64,000 bases of DNA, taken from the NCBI GenBank assembly GCA_964016885.1, contig OZ024743.1:165602001-165666000 (forward strand). The letters are read 5' to 3'. Made by a program: the position numbers and the translations under genes. Source of the stretch: Eledone cirrhosa (Eukaryota). Under the pieces are notes generated by a model. That model made no database searches and was not told the DNA's origin. It saw nothing but the letters and a program-made list of their open reading frames with translations. Positions 39,870 through 59,245 of the stretch are shown here, in pieces (positions within the stretch are counted from its first letter, which is position 1; every line of letters begins with the position of its first letter).

Positions 39870-41815
39870 ATGGATACAAGACTGTATCTGCACTGGGCTG
39901 ATACTTTCATTATCGATCTCGAAAGGGTGAAAAGCAAAGTGGACCTTAGCAGGATTTGAACGCAAAGACCTGGAACAAATATCAAACGCTCTAACGACTC
40001 TGCGAAATCGACCGCCTTAAGCTATTACTAATAATAGTCGTTTCTATAATTATTGTTGCCTCTCCCCCAGCCAACGTTCATTCAACAGATCTGTAATTAA
40101 ATACCTTACGACAGAAACCATTCTGTCTTTTAGATTTATATCTAGGACCACAGTAACCAACATGGTCTTTTGGGGGTGGGGCGGGGTTTGCTATTTCAGG
40201 AAGATCGAGTTAACATGTAAACGCTCAATCACAAAACCAGATATTTTGGGGGATATGTATAGATACATAATCATTCGCTATTTCACCAGAAAGTATGAAA
40301 AGCAAGGTAAATCTGCTCAGAATTTGAATTAAGAACGTACAGGGAAATAATTAAATACTGCAAGGTATTTTCTCCGGCCGAGCCCGCCAGGCCTTTTTCA
40401 GCAATCATACCCACCTTTCAGCTACAATATTAATAATTGTTTCTACTGGCACAAGGCCAACAATTACCCCCAGTGCATTACTGGTACTTTATTTTATCGA
40501 CCCCGTAAGGATGAAAGGCAAAGCTTACCTCGGCAGGATTTGAACTCAGATTATAAAGGGCCATAACTCTATGCCGCAAAGCATGGCGTCCGACTCTCTG
40601 CAGATAGTCTATCATAATTAATAGTTGAGAAAACCGGGTAAAGTAACACCGGAGGTTAAAAAAAAATACGCCATGCAATAATTTACCAAGGGTACTTTAC
40701 TCGATTCTCTCAACCATTATTTATAATGATCAGCTACTGTTATAGTCATTTACGTTGGTTCAACTATTATTCAAATGTAAATATTTCCCAATGTATTATT
40801 TTTAAAGTCAAATGAATATCCAGAATATAAATAATTGTTTCTAAGATAGGCACAAGGTAAGACATTGGTGGCCGAAAGAGATAGTCGAATAAAAAATGAG
40901 GTCCCAGTACTTGACTTGTACTTTATATTGTCCGGGGGGGATAAAAGGGTAATATGACTTTGGCAGGATTTAAATTAACAACATAGAGAAATATGGTTAA
41001 TGAGTACCACGAGGCATTTGATCTGACACTCTACCGAATCTAATCTAATAACCCCACAATTTCGGGGAAGGGAAAAATTGATTATACCAGTACTTTACTG
41101 CTACTTTATTTTATCGACCTCGGAAGGATGAAACGCAAAGTTATCCTCAGCGGAACAAATACTGCTAAATAATTTTCCTATGCTCTAACGATTCTGCCAA
41201 TAATAAAAATAATAATTGTTTCTACTTTTGGCACAAGGCCATCAATTATCCCAGTGCATCACTGGTACTTTATTTTATCTACCCCGTAAGGACGAAAGGC
41301 AAAGTTAACTTCGGCGGCATTTGAATTCAGAACATAAAGGGCCATAACTCTATGCTATGAAGCATGCTGTCTGACGCTACCGATTTTACCAATAATGGTT
41401 TCTGATATAGGCATAAAGCCAGCAATTTGGGGGAAGGGGAAAGTCGATGAAATCAACTCCAGTGTGTGTCTGAAACTTTATTTTATCGATCCCGTAAGGA
41501 TGAAAGGCAAAGATAACATCCACGGGATTTGAACTCAGAGCGTAGAGGGCCGTAACTCTATGCCTCAAAGCATGTTGACTCACGCTCTACTGATACTGTC
41601 AATCCACTGCCTTCGCTCTACTGATACTGCCAATCCAATAATAATGGTTTCTGATTTAGGCACAAGGCCGGCAATTTTCGGGGAGGGCAAAATCGATTAA
41701 ATCGACTCCAGTGCGTGACTGGTACTTTATTTTATCGGCCCCGTAAGAATGAAACGCAAAGCTATGCAACAAAGTATGTTGTCCGACGCTCTACTGATAC
41801 TGCCAATCAATAATA
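39870..41815 (-). mobile_element. Cluster of about 8 co-oriented SINE copies of varying divergence
   Basis: Recurrent GGCACAAGGCC, GGTACTTTATTTTATCGACCCC, GGATGAAAGGCAAAG, GATTTGAACTCAG blocks separated by AAT runs. Confidence 0.85.
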
Positions 41816-42052
41816 ATATGCTGATCCAACAGATCTGTGATGAAAGTTATCCCTGCTATGGCAATACTGTCTTTTTTTTCTGTGCAGAGAATCTAGTGCC
41901 ACACTATCTAATTTGTCATTTCCTCTTCTAATACGGTGGGGCGTGATTGGGGAGATTTAGCTGCTACACTAGTCATATCAAACGACCTTGTAGAAGCTTC
42001 CTCAGTAACTAACAGGATTCTACTTAGTAAATCTCAGTAATTTCTTCTGTCT

Positions 42053-42112
<60 letters not shown>

Positions 42113-42174
42113 GTATATATATATATATGTACATATATATATGTATATATACAGTATATATATATGAATGTATA

Positions 42175-43230
42175 TCTATACTATAAAGCTGACGGCCGTA
42201 TGTGAGTAACAAACTTTCCGCCAAACGGCACCAAATTTGCACCATAGATGTAACTTTTTCCAAGTAAGAATATTTTTGTCTACTGAATTTTGTTAAAAGA
42301 TTAAAGACATTTAAATATTCACTTCTTTAAAATGTTCAAATGTCAACACTTCCTGTTATACGACATTCCTAACGTCTTCACGAACCAAAGTATCATCTTC
42401 CTGTTTTCTTTCGGTTGCAAATTTTTTCGAAATATTTATTTCTGCGTTCACAGATTGATTTTTTTAGTTTCAGAGATCCCGTTAAGGGTGAATTATTTTA
42501 ATATATATAATTATATATTCGTGTACAGATATTTTTGCATACACAAAAACAAAATATAAACAAACGTATTTATTTCACGAAAGCACAGACGGCTTATCGA
42601 CATTGTTACTGCCGATATGCCACCCAAAAAGTCCTAGCCTGGCCGCAAGATGAGATTTTCCAGAAGAAAAAATGTTATTAGAGCAACAGAGCGACTAAGC
42701 TTCGCGATTACCATCAACAAAGCTCAGGGTCAAACCCTAAAAGTGGCTGGCTTTCATCTGGGATAACCATGGTCAATTGTATGTAGGATGCTCTAGGTTG
42801 AGTTCGCCAAACAATCTCTTCAACTTTACTCCCGAGAGCCGAACAAAAAATATTGTATACTCTGAGGCTATAACAATGTAATTTATGTATTTTCTGTTAC
42901 TTGGAATTTCCATTATGGTTGTACAAATTATTGTAAAGTTTGTTAAAATAATTTGTTCTCTGTTCAACCTTTATTGTTGTAAGTATCAATTTTCTTTAAC
43001 GCACTGGCTGAGAAAAGAAACCTACAATGAAAGAGCATCTTAAAGTTTACCCAAGCCAAATGTTGTATTTATTAACATTTCTATCTGCAGGTTCTTAGCA
43101 AGCTTACTGGCGCTTTAGTATGGTATTCAATTCTCATATCGTTTTTGATTTATATGATGCATATATCGCAGCTATTCATGTTTTAAACATTAGATAACGA
43201 TTGCTGATGTATATTGTACGACAGAATTAG
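42175..43230 (+). mobile_element. Internally deleted Helitron with PIF1 helicase C-terminal relic
   Basis: A|TCTATACTATAAAG start; 42700-42880 FAITINKAQGQTL..HGQLYVGCSR..KNIVYSE; 3' limit uncertain. Confidence 0.7.
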
Positions 43231-43831
43231 CTGAAAAATATTTTGAATGAACAAATAAAAGAGATATAAAAGAGAGATGTTTGTTGGTTGGTTGGTTGGT
43301 TCCTTCGCGTATCACACGAAAAAAACGGAAAGTGACAATCGGAAAGTATGTAAAGGATTGGGATAAGAGTATATCCAGGAAAGTTTATTGATACTAATTT
43401 TATAACACCAAAGAAGAAGAAAGACATTCCACGTATGCTAACCAACCTGACTGCTATATCTAGTAGGTTGGGAATCAACCATAAGGGTTTTTCTCGGCGA
43501 GTTCGTTGTCAGTGATGATCGTGTTTCGTGGCCTATGTCTCCGATTCCAACGGTGGTTTACACACACACACACGCACTCGCACACACACGAACACTCACA
43601 CAAGCACACATACACATATATATATATACACACACACACGAACACTCACACACATATATATATATACACAAACACACAAACATATATACACACACACAAT
43701 ACACACAATACACACAGACTGTAAACAAGACAATGCATTCAATACAGACATGCTCTCTTCTGTTGGCCTTCTCTTATCATTTGTTAACCTTCGTGAAGCA
43801 GGGTACCTCAGCTAGTATATATATATGTATG

Positions 43832-44510
<679 letters not shown>

Positions 44511-44539
44511 TATATATATATATATACATATATATACAC

Positions 44540-46172
<1,633 letters not shown>

Positions 46173-46227
46173 TAGATATATATGTGTGTATATGTGTATA
46201 TATGTATATATATACGTATATATATAC

Positions 46228-46301
<74 letters not shown>

Positions 46302-46338
46302 ATGTATGTGTGTGTATGTATGTGTATATATGTGTATG

Positions 46339-46422
<84 letters not shown>

Positions 46423-46582
46423 TTTGTATGTATATATATGTGTATATATGTATATATGTATATGTGTATATATGTATATATGTATATGTGTATGTGTGTA
46501 TGTGTGTATGTGTGTATGTGTGTATGTGTGTATATGTATATATATATATATATAAATATATATGTGTATATGTGTTAGTATG

Positions 46583-46633
<51 letters not shown>

Positions 46634-46701
46634 ATATGTATATATATATGTGTGTGTATATCTGTATATGTTTGTGCGTGTGTACGTATATATATATAAG
46701 T

Positions 46702-46755
<54 letters not shown>

Positions 46756-46842
46756 GAGATTAATCACCTCATTTACACAGACGAGAAAAGTACATCTTCT
46801 CGCCTGTCTTCTAGTCCAGCAGTCGCAAGCGGTGCGAGGCAC

Positions 46843-46882
46843 CGTCCTGACGAAGGCCAGTTAAGCCTGAAATGCATAGACG
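46843..46882 (+). ncRNA. Minimal type I hammerhead ribozyme
   Basis: CGTC-CTGACGA-AGGC(cagttaa)GCCT-GAAA-TGCA-TA-GACG. Confidence 0.8.
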
Positions 46883-47023
46883 ATTGTCCCCCTTGCTTCT
46901 GCTGGAAATCCCCAGATGGCGTTAGCCCCCCGGTGTTTGCATAACTATGGTTTCCTAAAACCGTATTTCTTTGGAGATACGAAACATTTATACATCAATA
47001 TATATATATACATATATATACAC

Positions 47024-47188
<165 letters not shown>

Positions 47189-47200
47189 CATGTATATATA

Positions 47201-47700
47201 TATTGATCTTTGTGTGTTTTAATGTGCTTGTAGACACCTGAAATATAGCTTAAGCGAAACTTGCAAATAAGGAGAGGCACCCAAAATTTGAACTTGTTTA
47301 TAGAATTCTTTCTGCCTTTGTCACTCTAAGTAAAGCTTTAAAGAATTAGCTTTTAAAGAATTCCCATTTCTTTAAACCCATCAACAATGACTGACCTCCT
47401 ACCATCTTATAGACACCTGAAATATAGACATTGTTAGCTTAAGAGAAACTTAAAAATAATGAGTGGCACTCTAATTTGAACTTGTTTATAGAATTATTTC
47501 CCGCCTTTGTCACTCTAAATATAAATTATAGCTTTAAAGAATTGGCTTTTAATGAATTCTCTTTTCTTTCAACCAATGACCTCCACCTATCCCACTCCCC
47601 ATCCTCTCCTACCACCAGAAAAGATATAAATACCACCATATTTACTTGGACAGTCAGATTCCTGATGATTTCTCACGAATGAAACAGTTCTAGTCCTGTA
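47201..47700 (+). mobile_element. Penelope-like terminal repeat (right arm)
   Basis: Inverted copy of 44029-44510; CTGATGA...GAAAC at 47662-47685. Confidence 0.6.
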
Positions 47701-47735
47701 TAAATTTCTTATATATATATATATATATATATATA

Positions 47736-47831
47736 TAGGAACCAGTAAGACCCCGACAGCTGAGCTCAAGCTGTTTCGACGGATAATTCGAAACGGCTTG
47801 AGCTCAGCTGTCGGGGTCTTACTGGTTCCTA
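47736..47831. repeat. Near-perfect palindrome (about 44-bp arms, 8-nt loop) next to (TA)n
   Basis: ATAGGAACCAGTAAGACCCCGACAGCTGAGCTCAAG...CTTGAGCTCAGCTGTCGGGGTCTTACTGGTTCCTAT. Confidence 0.93.
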
Positions 47832-47908
47832 TTATCCACTCTACTACCTCAAGTATTGAGTACTTTGGTGCGTTATGGTCCACCTGGTTCCTTACCACAT
47901 TTCCTTCG

Positions 47909-50676
<2,768 letters not shown>

Positions 50677-51835
50677 GACTTATCGCACCATCTAAATCTG
50701 ATTTAGGCATAATTAGCAAAATCATCCTAAAATTTACTATAATAATAATAATAAGCAATTTAACATAAATAGTAAATCAAACAAAAGAACTAGAACTAGA
50801 AATGTTATTTGGTACTCTCCTCCAATCTTATTAGGAGTTAAAACACCTGTAACAAACCTATTTTTCGAAGCATTAGATAAGTGTTTTCCTAAATCCTATA
50901 GATACTACTCTACTACTATGAACATAGCACAAAATATTAATAGAATTAATAATAAAAACTTAAATTTAAACCCAGACCAAATAAACCAAAATAACAATAT
51001 TAATATTACTAATAATAATATTAATGCTAATAATAATTGTACCGTTCCTATTGACAACAACTCTAGAAAATGTAACTGTAGAAACGAATTAAATTGCCCT
51101 TTACAGAATAACTGTCTAGATAAAAACTTAGTATATAAATGCATAGTAAAAACTAGAGATAAAATATATTATTATATAGGAGCCACTTCCACAAAATTTA
51201 AAGAACGTTGGTATAATCACAAACATACATTTAATAGATCAGACAAAACATTTTCAACATCACTTTCACATCTAATTTGGTACTTAAAAGACAATAATAT
51301 TGACTATTCAATCTCTTGGGGAACGATTTAGAAAGCGCCCGCATACCGAAATATGGCTCCCTGAAGAATTTGTCATTTGTGTATTGAGGAAATATTTCAT
51401 ATACTTACTAATCAAAATTCTATCAATAAAAAGAAATAATTATTCAACTCTTGCAGACATCGCCAAACTAAAACGTTCAGAAGTATCTATAATCTATAAA
51501 AAATATTATATATATATATCTCACTTGTTTACATTTTATATGTCTTCACTATGCTTTGTTGATGTTTTGTGAGTTTTTTTTAAATGATATTTTTCAAATG
51601 ATATTCTTTTTAAATGGTTTTTTTTAAATGATATTTTTAAATATGTCTTTTTTGTGATAGTTTTAATGATGTTTCTGAATATACTTTTGATATCTGTAAA
51701 TTTTCTTCCTAATAGACTATATAGAGCTTAACATATGCATAGATGTAAGTAATGTTATCTAAATACATATATAAAAGAATTTTTATCTTAGAAAATATGT
51801 AATATAGGATACTTTAAAATCATATATAAAATAAT

Positions 51836-52014
51836 TGTTTCTACTTTAGGCACAAGGCCAGCAATCACCAGTTCATTACTGGTACTTTATTTTATCGACC
51901 CCGTAAGGATGAAAGGCAAAGTCAACCTCGGCGGGATTTGAACTCAGATCGTAAAGAGACGTAACTATGCTGGAAAGCATGGCGTCCGACCCTCTACCGA
52001 TACTGCCAATCCAC
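51836..52014 (-). mobile_element. tRNA-derived SINE
   Basis: Near-identical to 4281-4464. Confidence 0.92.
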
Positions 52015-53005
52015 GGCCATAGAAAATATATAACATTTTTCTACATATATTTTGCATGTCTTAATTGAATATTTTTTTAAAGTAAATTCTAGATTAAACG
52101 ACAAATGTAACGTAACTATTTTAACTAAGAAATATTGGAGTTAGCTTTTCCTTTATAATGTAACAACTAAACTTCACAAAAATATTAAATTTTCTGTATA
52201 ATTTCGTTAACTTCGTAAATTTTGTAAATGTATTCCTATCTTGATGGAACTATAGAATGTACAAAATAATCTTCTATAATAAAATCAGAACTACTTCCTT
52301 TTTCTTAAATATGTATTGAAAATGTAAACAAGAAATTCATCGAAACTCTTAACATATATAAAAAAAAATATTTAAATTATGTATCTATTGGTATAAACAA
52401 CATATATACTCACCAAAATTATTTATATAAATATTTATATAAATAACCTGCTGTAATATAATAAAATAAAATATACTTACAACCTTAATTCTTCATAAAA
52501 TATACTTATAAATATTATCTATATAATATTAAAACTCACGATTAGAATAGATCCAATAATTAGTAGTATCTCTCAATTTAAAATTATTTTTAAAAGGGTA
52601 TTCTACCACTTCAACACATTTAAAATTCTCATATTATTTTATAAATACTACCAAAATATATAATGATATAATTAAATAAATAAATATAATTATTTCACTC
52701 TCTTACACCATCAATGATATGATCCATACAATTATATTTTAATAATAATAGTCTATTTATAACTATACTATAATTTTTCTTATATTCTTCCCTTAAATTT
52801 TCTTACACCCTAATATTAACTTCTCTCTCTTCTTCCCTTAAAAAACTATCCTAATAATTATTTAAATTTACCTAGCGTCTAACTTTACGTTAGCCTCATT
52901 AACTTATTTATCCTAAGATTTGAAATTTCTTTCACTATTCAAACAGAACTTAAAACGATAAGTTCTTGTCTTTTGGATGTGACACTATTTATAAAACAAC
53001 CTTTG

Positions 53006-53066
53006 TATTTTATCTGATGAGGGCGTACCAAAATTTTGGTAAAATTGAAAGATATATAATAAAATA
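53006..53066 (+). ncRNA. Degenerate hammerhead ribozyme
   Basis: TATTTTAT-CTGATGA-...-GAAA-GATATA-TA-ATAAAATA; base of stem II mismatched. Confidence 0.5.
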
Positions 53067-53199
53067 GATATGGTTTTATAAAGATAGTTTCCATATATTA
53101 ATATTATTGATATTATACTACAGAAGCAAACTGTAGAGTACTTCGAATCTGTTATAAATAAATATGTTGATTAACCAACAAATTAAATAACTCTTTCCA

Positions 53200-53236
<37 letters not shown>

Positions 53237-54779
53237 GTGTGTGTGTGTGTATGTGTGTGTATGTGTATATATATATATATATGTATTTATCTATTTTTTT
53301 AATGTAGGATTTGAAATGTATTTCTTTTTTTGTTTACTATGGCGATATTCATCCTATTGCCTTAAAAAAACACAATCAAATCAAAACTAGCCGTTGGCTC
53401 AAACTGTCTGGTTTTCTGCCTCCGTAAAGAGTGGTGAACAAACGGCGCCTACCGGCATCATGTACGTCCTACCACATCAACCCCAAGTTTTGCCTCGAGC
53501 TAATAGTGCAGCGCACCTTATCCAATCAGCTGGTCATGAAGTGGTGGTTTCACAAACGCAGTGATGCTTGGACAATGCCAACAGATCAGGCACCTGGCTG
53601 GAGGTAAGCTGGACGAAGTGTTTGCAGCCTGTTTGTGTTTGTGTATATGTCTATATCTTGTTTCCTGCACATTTCTTGGTTAATTTTGTGTGTGCGCATG
53701 TCACTAGCAGTAGCAGCAACGGTAGCATTGCGTTGTATATGTATAATTACCAAAGTATCTCATACAGTTCAGGATCTTAACTTCTTGAAGTATCGCAGGG
53801 GCACTGTCATGACTTATGGCGTGTCTTGGTCATTTTTAAAACCAGGCGGATCTCATCTATCTCTAGGTTTGAACACAGCCTACTTCTTCTAGGGAGAGTG
53901 AAAATGTTTGACCTCAGTACTAGACTTGTACTTCATTTATCGCCCTCGAATGGATGAAAGGCAAAATTGATCTCGTTTCAGCGAGATTTATCTCAGAGGG
54001 CTGATAGCTAGAAATAATACTGCATTATTCTATCCAACGCTTTAACCACTATATCCAATCGTCGCTTCATACTGTTCATAGATGGGGTCAATTCCGGAAT
54101 CTTACATAATTCGTGGTTGCCTGTGTCAGCAACAGTAAAATTGATAAATTCAATTTGCTGTGAGAAGTGTAGAACCTGGCATTTCGAGCCTCCTTACCTT
54201 TCGCCTGTGAGTGAGGAAGAGAGGAAAGATGCGTGTGTGTGTGAATTTGGGAAATTGACAAGGAGAAATGAATGTGATTTCATATTTACATAAGAGTGAA
54301 CACAGGCTACTGTTGTTGATGTTGCCGTTCTTGTTGTTTAGCCTCAGACGATAATTGTTCCAGTTGCTGGATTAACGGAATAACCTGTTCATGAAATTAA
54401 TGTATGAATGACTGGGTATTCCACAGACGCGGGAGCCCTTAACGTAATTCTCAGAAATGTTCAATGTGACACCATGTGTAACAATACTAATTACCACAGG
54501 TGTTAGCTGTTTCAGCGTCAGCACTCAATGATTTTACGTGAATTGGATATTCAGTAACACCGGTTAGAAATCTTTTGTCGAGTAGATCTTGTTTTGGTTT
54601 GGTGGGAGTTGAATCCCAAGTCAACCCAGATCGAGAAGACTAGGAACTTAGGATCATGTTATCAAATATGTGCTTTTTAACACAGCAGAGTGGGATTTGG
54701 GGGACATGTGGTGGTTAATTTTAGCAAGTTCATAAATTACTGCCATTGTTCCTCTTTTTCGTACTGTTATTATTACTGT

Positions 54780-54960
54780 TTGAAGTATTTCATTATGGTC
54801 TCCTACATTCTCGTTTCAAATCCCACCAAGGTCAACTTGGCGTTTCATCTTCCCGAAGTCGATGAAATAAAGTACCAGTAAATTACTAGTATCGGTGTAA
54901 TCAGATTGCTCCTTCCCAACTAAAATATTGTTGGCCATGTGCCTAAATCAAAATCATTAC
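54780..54960 (+). mobile_element. Degenerate SINE copy
   Basis: TTCAAATCCC..GGTCAACTTGGCGTTTCATC..GTCGATGAAATAAAGTACCAG..GGCCATGTGCCTAAA. Confidence 0.75.
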
Positions 54961-55264
54961 TGTTGCTACTATGCTCAGTAAATTGGCAGAACCTGAAAAG
55001 AGTCAGGCAAACATTCATTAGACTGCGGTCAAGCTGGAACACCACCTTAAAAGAAATCACTTAATTGTGAAGCGAATTGCTTAACCACACATTATGAGTT
55101 CAAGTTCTGCAGAAGTTGACTTTAAGTTTGCTTTTCATACTTCTGTGGTCGATAAAATAGTTTCAATCAAGTTCCCTCTAATCGTTATTTCTACTTAGAG
55201 CAGAGTAAGAAACATCAACATATTTCAATAGATATTTGAGAATGTTCAAGTTTGTTTTTTCGGA

Positions 55265-55565
55265 GTAATTACTTCTCATGAAAGACCAGCTTGTTGGAGT
55301 AGGGAATATGCTATCTGCCAGCTTTTTAGGACAATTGCTAACCATGTGAGACCAATCTATTAAAGAAGTGGGTATATTATTTGTCAGTTTTTTAGGGCAA
55401 TTAATTTCTATGTGAGACCAACCTGTTAAAAAGGGGGGTATACTATCTACCAGTTTTTTAGGCCAATTACTTCCCAAGAAAGACCAACAGGGAAAGGTGG
55501 CATATTATCTGTTAGTTTTTTTTTTTAAGGTAATTACTTACCATAAAAGACCAGCTTGGAAGGAT
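55265..55565. repeat. Diverged 66-bp tandem repeat, 4-5 units
   Basis: GACCA anchors at 55284, 55350, 55416, 55482. Confidence 0.75.
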
Positions 55566-56149
55566 AGCGTCACCGCTTATCCATTGACAGGATTTACCGA
55601 GCCCGAAAAAATGGAAGTCAATGTTGACCTGGGCGGGATTTGTACTTCGAGTACAGAGGCACGGAACAAATAAAGAAGCATTTAATATGTCACTATAGCC
55701 ACTCATCGCCAACTGTCAAGCACTAGGGTCAATTACATCAACTACTTCTAACAACCCACAGATTTTGGGGGACCTTGTGCTAAAGTTAGATCCCAGCTGT
55801 GTTGCTGCTACTGCTATTGTTACTGCTGCTGTCGTTCTGCTGTTATTGTTGTTTTACTACCAACTGCGTTTACATTCACCGCTAATGTTCTGCTTTTGTT
55901 GTCCTAGTTATATAAATGTTGTTGTTGCTATTGTTATTGTTTAGCCTCACATCAAACCTCATTGAATATATCCCTATATATGATATCTCCGTGTGTGTAT
56001 ATAAATACGAAATAAAAGAGTAATCAATAAGTGGATGGTGAGTGTATTTATATAAACAATTTAACTTAACACCACATTACCAGTGGTTTCAAGAAGAAAA
56101 CATGTTTATGTCATCATATGCAGTGGAAAGAAACACCATATTGAAAATT

Positions 56150-56470
56150 ATTTATAACTTTTGGCCTACTGTGACCACTTGGGACAGCTTCAATGACCTT
56201 ATATTCATGCAAGATAGAGCCCCTCTTCATTTTGCACGCACTGTCTGTGTGTGGCTTGATGTCCAATATCCAGGAAGTTGGTTGGGTTGTCGAGATCCAT
56301 ATAAATGGCTTTCAAGAAGCCTTGACTTAACGCCAAACGATTTTTTTCCTGTGGGGATGGGCAAAGGAAAAGGTTTCTAGCTCAAATCCCAAATCTCTGT
56401 CTCAGTTGAAGGAACGTATTTGTCATGTACTGACCAACATACTACCTGAGTTCCTGATGAAGTCAGTCGC
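56150..56470 (+). mobile_element. Tc1/mariner transposase relic
   Basis: FMQDRAPLHFARTVCVWLD..W..RSLDLTPNDFF. Confidence 0.75.
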
Positions 56471-56489
56471 GGAATAAAACCTGCATTAT

Positions 56490-56910
56490 TGTACTCCAAA
56501 AATCAAGTCGTTGATCTGTAAGAAGAACAAGAAAGTTCGTTTATCAATTACCACTAAACACGTTCTATGGACAGTAAACGATTGAGCTAAAGTTTACTTC
56601 AGCGATGAATCGAAGTTTAACTTGTTTGGTTCAGATGGCAGGAGATTCGTTCGTCGAAGAACTGACGAAAGATTAGTGACTAATTGCGTGAAGAGCAGCA
56701 TTAAGTTTGGTGGATGAAATGTTAGTGTGAGGCATAATTCAAGCAGAAGCTTCTGTCCCACTTATACGCTTGCAGGGCAAGGTGAATGCTCAAATGTACA
56801 AAGAACTTCTACAGGCAAACGCTGTAACTCATATGAGAACCGCCTCTACCCAACCTGCCACATTTTTGTAGGATAATACGTCTTTCTACACGGCAAAGTT
56901 CGAGATGGTT
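56490..56910 (+). mobile_element. Tc1 transposase relic
   Basis: VYFSDESKFNLFGSDGRRFVRR, KFGG, GKVNAQMYKELL. Confidence 0.8.
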
Positions 56911-57094
56911 TTCTGAATTGAAGATAGCCAGTTTGGCTTTACGCCTACCACCCTTCTAATTACTGAATGCTGAAGCTGGCGAATTACTGTACCAGCTCAC
57001 TGTTTGCTTTGGGCTGCTTTTCGCTTCCGTACATTTTATATCCCTATAGATAATTTAGCTGGTAATCAATGTTTATCATTGTTTATCAATGTTT

Positions 57095-58790
<1,696 letters not shown>

Positions 58791-59200
58791 CACCACAATT
58801 CGCACTTGATGTGAAAACCAATGTAGGTAGAACATTCCTAGCCCTCCTAGATCTCCACTTCCCTGATGGCCATAAATACCGACAGATATTCAATCGCCAT
58901 ACAGTGAAAATAGGCTACTCGTGTACCAATAACATAAAATCTCACATCACCGGCAAAAGCAAAAGCCCTCCACCGTACGGATGCTCATACAAAAAACCAG
59001 AGGCATGTCCTCTAGACCAACGGTGCAACACTCTAGTGGTGATATATCAAGCAGAAGTGACCTCCACCAACCAGAATCACCAAACTGAAGCCTGGACTTA
59101 TGTCGATATGTCGAGGGGAGGGGGGGGGGCTGGTTGAAAAGCCGATACCTGAACCTTGAAACAACCTTCAGACATCTTGACAAAAACATGCCACATGCCA
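58791..59200 (+). mobile_element. Naiad-type Penelope fragment
   Basis: KTNVGRTFLALLDLHFP..QIFNRHTVKIGYSC, CPLDQRC, VIYQAEV. Confidence 0.78.
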
Positions 59201-59245
59201 CACCTTTTCCCGTTAAATAGGGTATATTAGAAAAATCTACCCCTA

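Larger units (their letters stand above)
50677..53115 (+). mobile_element. Mirror-image Naiad-type copy (GIY-YIG region + 3' repeat)
   Basis: CNCRNELNCPLQNNC, LVYKC, YYIGATSTKFKERWYNH; reverse complement of 48052-49843. Confidence 0.88.

Noticed and set aside
51068-51460. Selenocysteine (UGA) recoding as reported for some Naiads
   Set aside because: Cys motifs here use TGT/TGC; the stops look like decay
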